From assembly GCA_038208115.1 (NCBI GenBank), contig JBBQZC010000005.1, positions 667-64,666 of the forward strand: a DNA stretch of 64,000 nucleotides, given 5' to 3'. Numbering within the stretch: position 1 is the stretch's first letter; each line of letters starts with the position of its first letter. The position numbers and the translations under genes are program-made. Shown here piece after piece: positions 29,701 through 40,081 of the stretch. Under the pieces are notes generated by a model. It was not told the DNA's origin and ran no database searches. It was given only the letters and a program-made list of their open reading frames with translations. The stretch is from Candidatus Moraniibacteriota bacterium. GTDB taxonomy: Bacteria > Patescibacteriota > Minisyncoccia > Moranbacterales > GCA-2747515.

Positions 29701-30966
29701 TTATTTCTCGTTTTGATACTTTTTACGTTTTTTAATTATATACAGTTTATCATTGATTCGCACGCGATCTGATACACCAATTGTAATAATATCACCTTTT
29801 TTTGCAGATTCTGCAATTATGCCATCAATACGCAATTCATCCACAACACCGTGCATCGATCCGGTTGTTGCACCAATAATCAATATTGATGAACCTTTCT
29901 TAATAATTCCTGCGTCAACTTTTATTTCAGCTATCGATATTTTTGGATAATAATGCACAATACGCCCCACAAATTCTTTTTCTTCCGTTGCACGTGATCC
30001 GTAAACATCGCAGTATGCACCAATTTCTGTGCCAAGATAAAAATTTCCATGTGATAATTTACGGTTAAAAACCTTTTCTAAATCTGTATAGTATTCCGAT
30101 ATTTTCTCTTTTGTATATGTGCCTTCTGTGATATCTTGTAAAGCTTTTTTGTATACACGTACAACTGTTGTCACATATTCTGGAGAACGCCCTCTTCCTT
30201 CAATTTTTAACACTTGCACACCAGCATCTAAAACTTTATCTAAAAAATCAATTGTACAAATATCAGCAGCACTCATAACATAGTGATTATCGATAATCAT
30301 CTCTTTACCCGTATCTACATCTGTAACTTTGTATTTCATCCGACAATTTTGTCTACATGCACCTCGATTTGCACTTGCATTATCCGTATACAAACTCATA
30401 TAACAACGTCCTGATTGTGCAATACACAAAGCACCGTGTGCAAATATTTCGATTTCCATCACACGTCCCTCATTACCCATCAGATGATTATCCTGAATAT
30501 TTTGATAAATTGCTTTAATCTGATCAAGATTTAATTCTCGCGCCAATACCACTCGATTAGTAAATTGTGAAAAAAATTTCACAGTTTCATAATTTGATAT
30601 AGAAAACTGTACCGATATATGTACTGGAATTTCAATTTCATTACAATAATTTACACACGCAAAGTCAAATGCAATAATCGCATCAATATTACTCTGCTTC
30701 GCAGCATCAATGATTTTTTTCATGATCACAATATCATGATCATATAATAAAGTGTTTACGACAAGGTACGTTTTAATATTTTTTTTGTGTGCAATATGTG
30801 CAATTTTTTCAAGATCATCAATAGTCATATTATCTGCTGCACGAGCTCGCATATTGAGCTGAGTCACACCAAAATACACGCTGTCCGCACCAGCATTAAT
30901 AGCTGCTGCAAGCGATGCAAAACTCCCAACAGGTGCCATTACTTCTACTTTCAATGGATTGATCAT
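29701..30966 (-). CDS. Peptidase U32 family protein (TrhP-like RNA hydroxylation)
   Basis: APVG....AAI.AGADSVYFG, HGALCIAQSGRC, NRGACRQNCR, KIEGR.R. Confidence 0.88.
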   Translation of the reverse strand: MINPLKVEVMAPVGSFASLAAAINAGADSVYFGVTQLNMRARAADNMTIDDLEKIAHIAHKKNIKTYLVVNTLLYDHDIVIMKKIIDAAKQSNIDAIIAFDFACVNYCNEIEIPVHISVQFSISNYETVKFFSQFTNRVVLARELNLDQIKAIYQNIQDNHLMGNEGRVMEIEIFAHGALCIAQSGRCYMSLYTDNASANRGACRQNCRMKYKVTDVDTGKEMIIDNHYVMSAADICTIDFLDKVLDAGVQVLKIEGRGRSPEYVTTVVRVYKKALQDITEGTYTKEKISEYYTDLEKVFNRKLSHGNFYLGTEIGAYCDVYGSRATEEKEFVGRIVHYYPKISIAEIKVDAGIIKKGSSILIIGATTGSMHGVVDELRIDGIIAESAKKGDIITIGVSDRVRINDKLYIIKKRKKYQNEK

Positions 30967-31025
30967 AAAGATTATATTTAAACGACTCTTAGCATAACAA
31001 ATTATTTATATAAAAGCAATAAAAC

Positions 31026-31052
31026 AAAAAAACGACTTAGTGTCGTTTTTTT
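31026..31052 (-). terminator. Terminator after rplO
   Basis: aaaaaaacgac-ttagt-gtcgttttttt. Confidence 0.7.
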
Positions 31053-31076
31053 TGAAAATTATCTCTAAAAAATTGA

Positions 31077-31535
31077 TTATTTTTCAATTTTAACAGCAGC
31101 CACATGTACCGTTCCACCAGCTTTTTCTACGATATCTTTTGCAGTTTTGGAGATACCCACATTACTATTAATTATAAGTTTTTTTGTCAACGTACCCTTT
31201 ACGACAATTTTTACACCATCTCTTGCAATCTTACTGCGCAAAACTTTCTTTTCAATCAAAGATACTACTGATACTTCTTCACCGTCATTATACATACGTT
31301 CTAATGCCGCAAGTGTCACAACAACTTTTTTTGCGTGAGGTGATTTGAATCCACGTAATTTTTTCAATTTATCGATTAGCGTTGTTCGTCCACCTTCAAA
31401 AAGTGGGTTTACATTTCCACCACTACGGGCTTTCTGACCCTTCATACCACGACCACTCGTCGTACCACGTTTTCCGCCACGTCCAATCGTCTTCTTGTCT
31501 TTGCGTTTTTTTACTGATAGCTCATGAATCTGCAT
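31077..31535 (-). CDS. rplO: 50S ribosomal protein L15
   Basis: GRG.KGQKARSG, FEGG. Confidence 0.96.
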   Translation of the reverse strand: MQIHELSVKKRKDKKTIGRGGKRGTTSGRGMKGQKARSGGNVNPLFEGGRTTLIDKLKKLRGFKSPHAKKVVVTLAALERMYNDGEEVSVVSLIEKKVLRSKIARDGVKIVVKGTLTKKLIINSNVGISKTAKDIVEKAGGTVHVAAVKIEK

Positions 31536-31554
31536 ATATCTATATTACTTATGA

Positions 31555-32190
31555 TTATTTAACAGTTTTCTTAGCAACTTTTTGCACAGTTTTCTTAACT
31601 GCTTTTTTCACAGTTTTTTTAACAGTTTTCGCTTCACTCACAGGAACGGTCTCATTCTTTTTTTCCGCTACAACTACTTCCTCTTTTATAACACCCTTCT
31701 TGACATCCTCACGAGGAAGCTGAAGTTGTTTCAATGCACCAATAGCAGCTCGTGCAACGTTTAACTTATTTGAACATCCTTGTGATTTTGCGACAATGTC
31801 GTGAATACCTACAAGCTCCACAACCGAACGCACAGCGCCACCCGCAATAATACCGCGACCTTCTTTCGTCGGTTTCAACAGTACTTTTGCGCTACCAAGC
31901 TTACATGTTACATCATGAGAAATTGATTTTCCAGCAAGTACAACAGTAATCATCGCTTTTTTTGCATCTGCTACAGCTTTTTGAATTGCCTGTGACACAT
32001 CAGCGCCTTTTGCAACACCTACGCCCACCTTTCCTTTTCGGTTACCAATAACAACAGTTGCACGAAAACGAAAACGTCTCCCACCTTTCACAACGCGTGT
32101 TACGCGAGCTAAATCTAATAATTGTTGATCAAATTCAGATTTTACTCGTTTTTTTTCCCCTCCTTTTTTTCGATCTTTTTTAATTGCCAT
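31555..32190 (-). CDS. rpsE: 30S ribosomal protein S5 with Lys-rich C-terminal tail
   Basis: RVTRVVKGGRRFRF, GIIAGG. Confidence 0.96.
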   Translation of the reverse strand: MAIKKDRKKGGEKKRVKSEFDQQLLDLARVTRVVKGGRRFRFRATVVIGNRKGKVGVGVAKGADVSQAIQKAVADAKKAMITVVLAGKSISHDVTCKLGSAKVLLKPTKEGRGIIAGGAVRSVVELVGIHDIVAKSQGCSNKLNVARAAIGALKQLQLPREDVKKGVIKEEVVVAEKKNETVPVSEAKTVKKTVKKAVKKTVQKVAKKTVK

Positions 32191-32212
32191 ATGATCTTAA
32201 TCGTCAATTAAA

Positions 32213-32560
32213 TTAAAGTTTTAAACCAGCTGAACGCGCACCTTCTGCGATAGCCTTTACCTTACCATGATATTTATATCCAGCACGATCAAAAACCACT
32301 TCAGTAATTTTATTCTCGACTGCTTTTTTTCCGATAAACTCACCTAATGCGAGAGCACCTTCTACTGAATTTTTTGCACCTTTCACATCTGACAATTGTG
32401 CAGAAACAACAGTTTTTTGTGTTCCATCATCGATGATTTGCACCAATATCGTGCGCAAAGATCGAAATACATTCAATCGTGGTCTTTCCATAGTACCTGA
32501 AACACGTGAACGAACACGATTGGCTCTATGTAATCTTTTCTTGTTTCGAATTGTTTTCAT
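32213..32560 (-). CDS. rplR: 50S ribosomal protein L18
   Basis: RPRLNVFRS, FDRAGYKYHGKV. Confidence 0.96.
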   Translation of the reverse strand: MKTIRNKKRLHRANRVRSRVSGTMERPRLNVFRSLRTILVQIIDDGTQKTVVSAQLSDVKGAKNSVEGALALGEFIGKKAVENKITEVVFDRAGYKYHGKVKAIAEGARSAGLKL

Positions 32561-32583
32561 AAAAAATCACTACTTAATATACA

Positions 32584-33120
32584 TTATGCTGAGGCTTTTT
32601 TACCCTCTTTGCGTCGCACTATTTCACCAACATACCTAAACCCTTTTCCTTTATATGGTTCTACAGGCTTTAACGAACGAATATTCGCTGCAAACTGTCC
32701 AACGGCTTGTTTATCAATTCCAACAATTGTCATAACAGGACCTTCAATTGTAGCAGTGATTCCTTCTGGAATATCCACAATGACTGGATGAGAAAAACCA
32801 AGTGCTAATTCTATTGTATTACCTTTTACAGCCATACGATATCCAACACCATTCAACTCAATTTTCTTTTCAAATCCCTGTGATACGCCAGCAATCATAT
32901 TACTGATCAATCGCGCCGTTGTTCCCCACATTGATTGAGCAATCTGTGCATTATGCCTTTTTTTTACAGTTATCATCTCGTTTTCCATTTCAAGAACCAC
33001 TGCATTATGTAAAGACAATGACAATTCTCCCTTCACACCTTTTACAGTAACATCATTACCATTCATTTCAACAGTAATGCCTTTAGGGATCTCAATACTT
33101 TTTTGTCCAATTCGACTCAT
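32584..33120 (-). CDS. rplF: 50S ribosomal protein L6
   Basis: MSRIG, GVGYR, EPYKGKG. Confidence 0.97.
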   Translation of the reverse strand: MSRIGQKSIEIPKGITVEMNGNDVTVKGVKGELSLSLHNAVVLEMENEMITVKKRHNAQIAQSMWGTTARLISNMIAGVSQGFEKKIELNGVGYRMAVKGNTIELALGFSHPVIVDIPEGITATIEGPVMTIVGIDKQAVGQFAANIRSLKPVEPYKGKGFRYVGEIVRRKEGKKASA

Positions 33121-33146
33121 ATGTTTACGTTAAATTAATTTCCAAT

Positions 33147-33560
33147 TTACCACAATTCACAAATCAACTCTCCACCTAGTCCCTTTTTGCGAGCTTCTTT
33201 GCCAGACATCACACCCTGTGATGTAGAGATAATGGAAATACCATACCCATTACGCACCTTGTGAATATCATTTTTCTTAATATATGCCCGCTGACCCTGC
33301 TTACTAATCTGACGAATATGCTCAATAACTGGCTTTTTTACAGTATGTGAAATTTGATCATACTTTAAAGTAATGCGAATATTTTCAAAATTTTCTTTCA
33401 TTTCATCTTGAACACGCTCAACCTTTTCCACAAAATTCTCCTTTTCAAGAACTTGTGCAATCGCAAATTTGAGTTTTGACATTGGCATAACAACATGAGC
33501 ATGATTTGCTGCATGAGCGTTACGTATACGTGTTAACATGTCACTTATTGAATCGATCAT
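33147..33560 (-). CDS. rpsH: 30S ribosomal protein S8
   Basis: D.ISDMLTRIRNA, STSQGVM, GGE. Confidence 0.96.
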   Translation of the reverse strand: MIDSISDMLTRIRNAHAANHAHVVMPMSKLKFAIAQVLEKENFVEKVERVQDEMKENFENIRITLKYDQISHTVKKPVIEHIRQISKQGQRAYIKKNDIHKVRNGYGISIISTSQGVMSGKEARKKGLGGELICELW

Positions 33561-33606
33561 AATTACTTGTTCATTTAAATATCAAATTATTTTGCAAAAA
33601 AATACA

Positions 33607-33792
33607 TTACCAGCTACTTTTCTTTACGCCTGGCAATTCTCCTTTACTTGCCAATTCACGAAAACATACACGACAAATACCAAAATATCGTAAATAACCT
33701 CTTTTCCGACTACATTTCCAACACCGTCGAACTTCGCGTGAGGAAAATTTCGGTTTTTTATCTGCTCGTGCTTTAACTGATGTTTTTGCCAT
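33607..33792 (-). CDS. rpsN: 30S ribosomal protein S14, zinc-binding (type Z)
   Basis: RCWKC...[17 protein letters not shown]. Confidence 0.95.
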   Translation of the reverse strand: MAKTSVKARADKKPKFSSREVRRCWKCSRKRGYLRYFGICRVCFRELASKGELPGVKKSSW

Positions 33793-33815
33793 ATCTATTA
33801 TATAACTTCATTAAA

Positions 33816-34367
33816 TTATTCTTTTTTTTGCAATGGAAATCCTAATGTTCTATACAACTTTTCAGCATCTTCGCTATTTTTTGCAGAAGTTACTACCGTA
33901 ATTTGAAAACCAAATGAATTGCGTACATTTTCAGCAACAATCTCAGGAAATATAGTGTGCTCTCTGATCCCAATATTGAGATTACCTGACTTGTCAATCA
34001 CTTTTGGATTTATTCCCTGAAAATCACGAACACGTGGCAGAGAGTTTCCGACCAATCGATTCAAGAAATCCCACATACGTCGTCCACGCAAAGTGACTTT
34101 CATACCCACTTCTTGACCTTCTCGAACTTTAAATCCAGCAATCGACTTTGTAGCCTTTGTCTTGATCGGCTGTTGTCCAGTAATATCTCTAATTCCCTTT
34201 TCAACTTCTGCCAAAGCATCATTGTTTTTGAGAAACTTACCAACACCCACATTTACCACTACTTTTTCTATTCGTGGCACCAACATAACATTCTTAAGGT
34301 TCAAATCTTTTTGCAAACCTTTTAGTGAATCATTATATTGTTGTTTAATTGTCTTTATTGTAGTCAT
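33816..34367 (-). CDS. rplE: 50S ribosomal protein L5
   Basis: KVVVNVGVG, SIAGFKVREG, LPRVRDF. Confidence 0.97.
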   Translation of the reverse strand: MTTIKTIKQQYNDSLKGLQKDLNLKNVMLVPRIEKVVVNVGVGKFLKNNDALAEVEKGIRDITGQQPIKTKATKSIAGFKVREGQEVGMKVTLRGRRMWDFLNRLVGNSLPRVRDFQGINPKVIDKSGNLNIGIREHTIFPEIVAENVRNSFGFQITVVTSAKNSEDAEKLYRTLGFPLQKKE

Positions 34368-34375
34368 AATCTAAA

Positions 34376-34687
34376 TTATTCTATTTCTTTACCACTTTTC
34401 TTGGACACTCGCACTTTGGTACCATTTTTTATGAGAAATCCTACACGCGTAGGTTTATCTGTATGTGGACACACTAATGCAACGTTTGATATATTAATTG
34501 GTGATTCTATGGTTATACGCTCACCTTTCTGACCACTCTGACGAGGTTTTATATGTTTTGTTACCATATTCAACTTCTTTACAACCACAGAATTACGTGC
34601 CGCAAATACAGCAATCACTTCACCGCGTTTTCCGCGATCCTTACCTGCAATTATCTCAACATTATCACCTTTTTTAATCTTTAACAT
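34376..34687 (-). CDS. rplX: 50S ribosomal protein L24
   Basis: KKGDNV.IIAGKDRGK, PINISNV. Confidence 0.96.
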   Translation of the reverse strand: MLKIKKGDNVEIIAGKDRGKRGEVIAVFAARNSVVVKKLNMVTKHIKPRQSGQKGERITIESPINISNVALVCPHTDKPTRVGFLIKNGTKVRVSKKSGKEIE

Positions 34688-34713
34688 ATTTCTCTAAAAA
34701 AATTATCAGACCC

Positions 34714-35085
34714 TTACAAAACTTCTGGGGCAAGAGATACGATTTTGCTAAAACCCTTTTCTCGTAACTCTCTTGCGACTGGACCAAAAATACGTGATGC
34801 TTTTGGTTCTTTGTTTCCAGGATCTACGATTACTGCTGCATTCTCATCAAATCTGATATATGATCCATCCTTTCTGCGCAAAGCTTTTTTTTGTCGCACA
34901 ATCACAGCTTTTACCACATCACCTGCTTTTACACTGCTTCGTGGTTCAGCGTTTTTTACTGACGCAATAATAATATCACCTATTCCAGCATATCGTCGCT
35001 TTGAACCACCAAGAACTTTAAAACATTCGATGTTTTTTGCTCCTGAATTGTCTGCGATTTTTAGCCATGTTTCTGACTGAATCAT
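34714..35085 (-). CDS. rplN: 50S ribosomal protein L14
   Basis: [25 protein letters not shown]. Confidence 0.97.
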   Translation of the reverse strand: MIQSETWLKIADNSGAKNIECFKVLGGSKRRYAGIGDIIIASVKNAEPRSSVKAGDVVKAVIVRQKKALRRKDGSYIRFDENAAVIVDPGNKEPKASRIFGPVARELREKGFSKIVSLAPEVL

Positions 35086-35115
35086 ACTTTTCTCTTAAAA
35101 ATTCTATATAAACAT

Positions 35116-35355
35116 TTACTTCACGATAATAAACTTTTTGTCTTTACTAATAGGTCGACCTCCCGTAATCTTTACAACATCGCCGACATTGTATTGATTT
35201 TCTGGGTCATGCACCTTGTATTTTTTTGTTGAAATAAACTTTTTCAAATATTTCCCATGCGTCTTGAATGTATCAACAGCGACTACAATTGTCTTGTCCA
35301 TTTTATCAGATACAACCGTACCCTTTAATATCATGTTTTTCTTCTCTTGCGTCAT
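35116..35355 (-). CDS. rpsQ: 30S ribosomal protein S17
   Basis: G.VVSDKMDKTIVV, RPISK.K. Confidence 0.96.
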   Translation of the reverse strand: MTQEKKNMILKGTVVSDKMDKTIVVAVDTFKTHGKYLKKFISTKKYKVHDPENQYNVGDVVKITGGRPISKDKKFIIVK

Positions 35356-35376
35356 AAAATTACTTATATCAAAATA

Positions 35377-35571
35377 TTATGCACTACGTTGTTTCTCGCT
35401 GACCACAGTCAATACACGTGCTAAATCTTTTTTTGTATTTCGAATCAATCCGTGATTTTTACTTTTATTCGTTGCTAATTCCATTTGCGTTTGGTGAATC
35501 TTGATTTTCAATTCATCAGCAACTTTGAATAATTCATCAATACTTTTTTCTCTTAATTCAACTACCTTCAT
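35377..35571 (-). CDS. rpmC: 50S ribosomal protein L29
   Basis: ELREKS, KKDLARVLT; operon position. Confidence 0.92.
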   Translation of the reverse strand: MKVVELREKSIDELFKVADELKIKIHQTQMELATNKSKNHGLIRNTKKDLARVLTVVSEKQRSA

Positions 35572-35584
35572 AAATTCAATTTAA

Positions 35585-36001
35585 TTATTCATTATGCTTT
35601 GCAACGAATCGTGTTTTCACGCCAAGCTTGTGTCCTGCCAATCGAAATGCCTCACGCGCAGTCTTCTCATCAATACCATCAACTTCAAACATAATCTTTC
35701 CTGCCTTTACCTTAGATACATAATAATCGACAGCACCTTTTCCCTTACCCATAGGAGTTTCGTCACCCTTTTTGGTCATTGGATGTGCTGGAAATATACG
35801 AATCCAGTATTTTCCCGTTCGTTGCATATATCTCGTGATCGTTCTACGTGCAGATTCAATCTGTCTTGCAGTAATCAAACCAGAAGTCATTGCTTTCAAA
35901 CCGAAATTCCCAAAATTAACATTTGTCCCGCGCTTTGCAAGACCTTTGAGCACACCACCGCGGTGCATTTTTCTATGTTTTACTTTTCGTGGCATTAACA
36001 T
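35585..36001 (-). CDS. rplP: 50S ribosomal protein L16
   Basis: MLMPRKVKHRK, WIRIFP, MGKGKG. Confidence 0.97.
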   Translation of the reverse strand: MLMPRKVKHRKMHRGGVLKGLAKRGTNVNFGNFGLKAMTSGLITARQIESARRTITRYMQRTGKYWIRIFPAHPMTKKGDETPMGKGKGAVDYYVSKVKAGKIMFEVDGIDEKTAREAFRLAGHKLGVKTRFVAKHNE

Positions 36002-36028
36002 ACTACTTTTCTACAAAATTTATATAAT

Positions 36029-36682
36029 TTAACTCTGCTGTGTTTTAAATACTTCACCCTTATACACCCATACCTTCACACCAATTGCACCATATGTCGT
36101 ACGAGCAACATCTCTTGCAAAATCAATATCAGCACGCAACGTATGTAATGGAATTGTGCCTTCAGCTAACCATTCTACACGTGACATTTCAGCCCCATTC
36201 AATCTACCAGATAACTGTATTTTGATACCTTTGATATTTCTATTTTTAATCGCTTGTTCCAAAGTCGTCTTAAGCACACGTCTGAATGGCATTCTCTTTT
36301 CCAATTGTTCTCCAACATTTTGTGCCACCAACGCAGCACTCTCTTCAAATTGCTTGATTTCTTTTATTTCAACCTTTACATCAATTTTTGTGCCAGCAAA
36401 AACTGTTTTTTTAATATATGAAACAAGATCCTCAACTCCACTTCCTCCACGACCAATAATCATACCTGGTCGTGATGTTTTTACAATCACTTTAACACTA
36501 TTTGCATTGCGTTCCACTTCGACATCCGCGATCGCAGCATGACGCCATTTTTTCATAACTGCACGACGCAATATCACATCTTGCTCTAATAAGCTGGCAT
36601 AATTATTACCACCAAACCAGCGTGAACGCCACGTTGTTGTTATTCCTAATCGTAGACTTTTTGGATTTACTTTATGACCCAT
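36029..36682 (-). CDS. rpsC: 30S ribosomal protein S3
   Basis: MGHKVNP, RPGMIIG, GRLNGAE, PLHTLRADID. Confidence 0.97.
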   Translation of the reverse strand: MGHKVNPKSLRLGITTTWRSRWFGGNNYASLLEQDVILRRAVMKKWRHAAIADVEVERNANSVKVIVKTSRPGMIIGRGGSGVEDLVSYIKKTVFAGTKIDVKVEIKEIKQFEESAALVAQNVGEQLEKRMPFRRVLKTTLEQAIKNRNIKGIKIQLSGRLNGAEMSRVEWLAEGTIPLHTLRADIDFARDVARTTYGAIGVKVWVYKGEVFKTQQS

Positions 36683-36693
36683 AATTACAAATA

Positions 36694-37074
36694 TTATTTA
36701 TTCTTGCCCTTAGTGGAACTATTGATTACTTCTACTTCCTGCTTTTGAGAAAGCACTACTCTCACGCGCGATGTTCTTTTTAATATTTGTGATGCACGAC
36801 CATATGCTCGTGGCATCCATCGCTTTAATGTTGGACCCTCATTTACTGTGATATTCTCAACAAATAAATCACTACTTTTAATCTTAAAATTATTTTGTGC
36901 ATTTGCGATTGCGCTTTTAAGTAGTTTTTGCATAGGTTCCGCCGTCTTACGCAGATCATATGTAAGCATACCAATTGCCTTATCCACTTCTACGCCACGT
37001 ACCCTATCAGCTACAAGACGCACCTTTCGTGGTGATATTCGCAAATTATTTAATTGTGCTATTACTTTTGTCAT
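36694..37074 (-). CDS. rplV: 50S ribosomal protein L22
   Basis: SPRKVRLVAD, GPTLKR..PRAYGRA. Confidence 0.96.
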   Translation of the reverse strand: MTKVIAQLNNLRISPRKVRLVADRVRGVEVDKAIGMLTYDLRKTAEPMQKLLKSAIANAQNNFKIKSSDLFVENITVNEGPTLKRWMPRAYGRASQILKRTSRVRVVLSQKQEVEVINSSTKGKNK

Positions 37075-37104
37075 AACTCTTTAATAATCATTCGTTAAAT
37101 ACAC

Positions 37105-37425
37105 TTACTTTGATGATTTCGACGCGTCAATTTCTCGCTGTTTTGCAGCTTGTTCCAAATCTTTTTGCATCTTTCCGCCATGTCGTGTAAATTTGCGTGT
37201 TTGTGCAAATTCACCTAATTTGTGACCAACCATCTCCTCTGTCACAAAAACATTGAGAAAATCTTTTCCATTATGAACTGCAAATGTAAACCCAATCATT
37301 TCTGGTGAAATTGCACATGCTCGTGACCACGTTTTGATCACGCCTGTTTGCTGAGGAGTTTTTCCTGATACCTTCTTTACAACTCTCTCATCTACATATA
37401 AACCTTTTTTCAGCGATCGACTCAT
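37105..37425 (-). CDS. rpsS: 30S ribosomal protein S19
   Basis: [20 protein letters not shown]. Confidence 0.96.
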   Translation of the reverse strand: MSRSLKKGLYVDERVVKKVSGKTPQQTGVIKTWSRACAISPEMIGFTFAVHNGKDFLNVFVTEEMVGHKLGEFAQTRKFTRHGGKMQKDLEQAAKQREIDASKSSK

Positions 37426-37442
37426 GATTTTATTCTATCTAA

Positions 37443-38273
37443 TTATTTCTTGTGACGTGCTTTGACGATGTATTTATTGCTTGTTTTATTCTTTTTACGC
37501 GTTCTTACTCCCAATGCTGGTTTACCCCATGGAGTCTTCGGATACTTCAAACCAATTGGCTGTCGTCCCTCCCCACCTCCATGTGGATGATCCACTGGGT
37601 TCATTACAGTACCACGCACAGCTGGTCTTTTGCCCATATGCCTTGCACGCCCAGCCTTACCAATCTTTACTGCATTATGTTCAAAATTACTAACCTTTCC
37701 AATCGTCGCATAACATTCATTGTCAATCAATCGAATTTCACCGGATGGCATCTTTAACTGTGCATACTTTTCATCAATGCTCATCACGAGAGCACCACTT
37801 CCAGCACTTCGAATAATTTGACCACCTTTACCACGTTTCATTTCAACATTTGATACGTAAGTGCCTGATATAATATTTTTTAATTTTGTACGATTACCCT
37901 CATCAATTGGAGCATTTTCCCCTGTGATGGTTTTCATGCCAGCACGCATACCCTCAGTTGCCAATACATATCTCTTTTCACCATCAGCATACATCACCAG
38001 TGCAATGAGTCCGCTACGATTTGGATCACGCTCAATCGCTGTTATAGTACCAGGAACATCAAATTTATTTTGCTTAAAATCTATAATACGGTAAAGCTTT
38101 TTGTGGCCGACACAACGATGTCGTACAGAAATTTTTCCATTTGCACGACCAGCTTTTTGATTAAATGATGTGCAGAGTGATTTTTCTGGTTTTTTATCCG
38201 TAACTGCAACAGGCTTCACAATAGACATATTGCGACGTGCAGCGTGATTTCTTTTATATACTTTAATTGCCAT
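37443..38273 (-). CDS. rplB: 50S ribosomal protein L2
   Basis: DPNRS, MNPVDHPHGGGEG. Confidence 0.97.
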   Translation of the reverse strand: MAIKVYKRNHAARRNMSIVKPVAVTDKKPEKSLCTSFNQKAGRANGKISVRHRCVGHKKLYRIIDFKQNKFDVPGTITAIERDPNRSGLIALVMYADGEKRYVLATEGMRAGMKTITGENAPIDEGNRTKLKNIISGTYVSNVEMKRGKGGQIIRSAGSGALVMSIDEKYAQLKMPSGEIRLIDNECYATIGKVSNFEHNAVKIGKAGRARHMGKRPAVRGTVMNPVDHPHGGGEGRQPIGLKYPKTPWGKPALGVRTRKKNKTSNKYIVKARHKK

Positions 38274-38304
38274 ATATCTGACTTATTATAACCTACTATT
38301 ATAT

Positions 38305-38724
38305 TTATACTCCTTCAAAAACTGCAATATGCTGTCCCTTTTGTACTTTTACAATTGCTTTTTTGAATAGCTGTTGATAACCACGATCATATTTTACTGT
38401 TCTTCTTTTTGGTTTTACCACAATGACATGCACATTTTCCACGGTCACTTTATACATTTCTTCAATGATACCCTTGATCTGCTTCTTTGTAGCATTTTTT
38501 TCTACACGAAATGTATACTTATTTTCACCAGCCATTCTGTGTGATTTTTCTGTAATAATTGGACTGCCCACTACACCATATGCAGCAGAAACAGATGCAA
38601 CACTTTTTTGTGTTTTCTTTGCAGATTTTTTTGACGCTTTTACAGAATCACTTGGTTGATTTTTTTCTGCGATTACATCTGTCGCTTCTTTATTATCTTC
38701 TTTTTTTGTCCCAAAAATTCCCAT
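38305..38724 (-). CDS. rplW: 50S ribosomal protein L23 with N-terminal extension
   Basis: PIITEKS, YTFRV...ATK.QIK, KKAIV; about 45 extra N-terminal residues. Confidence 0.92.
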   Translation of the reverse strand: MGIFGTKKEDNKEATDVIAEKNQPSDSVKASKKSAKKTQKSVASVSAAYGVVGSPIITEKSHRMAGENKYTFRVEKNATKKQIKGIIEEMYKVTVENVHVIVVKPKRRTVKYDRGYQQLFKKAIVKVQKGQHIAVFEGV

Positions 38725-38747
38725 AAAATTACATCATTTGTCAATTA

Positions 38748-39374
38748 CTATACGTATTTCTTCTCGATTTGATTCAAAGATTCAGCACTCAAAACCAGAT
38801 ATTCAGCATTCATTACATCATACACATTCAATTTTTCTGTTTCGATTGTTTTAGCTTTTTCCACATTGCGAGTTGCTTTGTATGTATCAGATTCACTTAT
38901 TGCGAGACCAAATAACATATTTTTTTCGATTCCAATATTTTTAATCATGCTAAATACAATTTTTGTTTTCAATTCATCCATTTTGAGAGAATCTATCACA
39001 AAGATTTTATCCATTCGGGCCTTTTCGGACAATGCAATGAGCAATGCTTTTCTTTTCATTTTTTCATTGATATTTTTTGCATAATTTTTTCCTTTCAGCG
39101 GTCCAAAAGTCACACCACCACCACGCCAGAGAGGACTACGAATTGATCCTGCACGCGCATTACCTGTCCCTTTTTGTTTCCATGGTTTTTTACCACCACC
39201 CCTAACGTCGGAGCGAATTTTTGCATGCGCACTTCCTGATCGGCGATTTGCTGCTTGCGCTACATACACTTGATGCACAAGAGCGTTGTTTCTTTCCACA
39301 CCGAATACGCTGTCATTTAATTCCATGTCTGACACTTTATTTCCTTCTAAATTATATATATCTACTTTTTTCAT
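38748..39374 (-). CDS. rplD: 50S ribosomal protein L4
   Basis: GGGKKPWKQKGTGNARAGSIRSP. Confidence 0.97.
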   Translation of the reverse strand: MKKVDIYNLEGNKVSDMELNDSVFGVERNNALVHQVYVAQAANRRSGSAHAKIRSDVRGGGKKPWKQKGTGNARAGSIRSPLWRGGGVTFGPLKGKNYAKNINEKMKRKALLIALSEKARMDKIFVIDSLKMDELKTKIVFSMIKNIGIEKNMLFGLAISESDTYKATRNVEKAKTIETEKLNVYDVMNAEYLVLSAESLNQIEKKYV

Positions 39375-39384
39375 ATTGCTCTAA

Positions 39385-39948
39385 TTATGCAATGCTTACT
39401 ATTTCTACAATTCGTCCCGATACACCAGGAACAGATCCTTTTAATGCGATAAGATTTTTATCTGTATCGACACTAATTACCTGTAAATTCATTGAAGTAA
39501 CTGTTTTTCCACCCATGCGTCCTGGCATCTTTTTTCCTTTCAAAACATGTTCTGGGAATGCACACCCAATAGAACCAGGTTGACGCAAAACATGTCGATG
39601 ACCATGCGATGCTGGACCTCCAGCAAATCCATGACGTTTTACTACACCCTGAAACCCCTTTGCCTTACTCGGTGCAGAAACACGCACAACGTCTCCAACT
39701 ACAAAAATATCTGCCTTTATAATATCTTTTTCAGTATATCCTGCCACATCATCTACGCGGAACTCTTTTTTATATTGTACTTTATTGGTCTTGTTAACAG
39801 AAAGACGCACCGCCTTATAGCCATCGCGATCCTCATTTCTTATCAAATCCACAACATTTGGTTCAATAGTGATTAATGTCACATTTTGTGCCCCATTATC
39901 ATTATAGATCGTTGTCATTCCTGCTTTTCTTCCCAAAACAAATTTCAT
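39385..39948 (-). CDS. rplC: 50S ribosomal protein L3
   Basis: KAGMT, KGFQGVVKRHGF, PGSIG, KGSVPG. Confidence 0.97.
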   Translation of the reverse strand: MKFVLGRKAGMTTIYNDNGAQNVTLITIEPNVVDLIRNEDRDGYKAVRLSVNKTNKVQYKKEFRVDDVAGYTEKDIIKADIFVVGDVVRVSAPSKAKGFQGVVKRHGFAGGPASHGHRHVLRQPGSIGCAFPEHVLKGKKMPGRMGGKTVTSMNLQVISVDTDKNLIALKGSVPGVSGRIVEIVSIA

Positions 39949-40052
39949 AATTGTTGTTCTTTATATACTCAATAAATGCTTCGTCAATTCTTTTATCATT
40001 CTTCAAACAAAAAATGGCTTTCGTATTTAAGCCAGATTATATTCTTCTATAA

Positions 40053-40081
40053 ATTGTATAGAAAAATCTCATTCTTGTCAA
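40053..40081 (-). promoter_or_regulatory. Sigma70 promoter for rplC
   Basis: TTGACA-17 nt-TACAAT, about 100 nt upstream of the rplC ATG. Confidence 0.75.
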
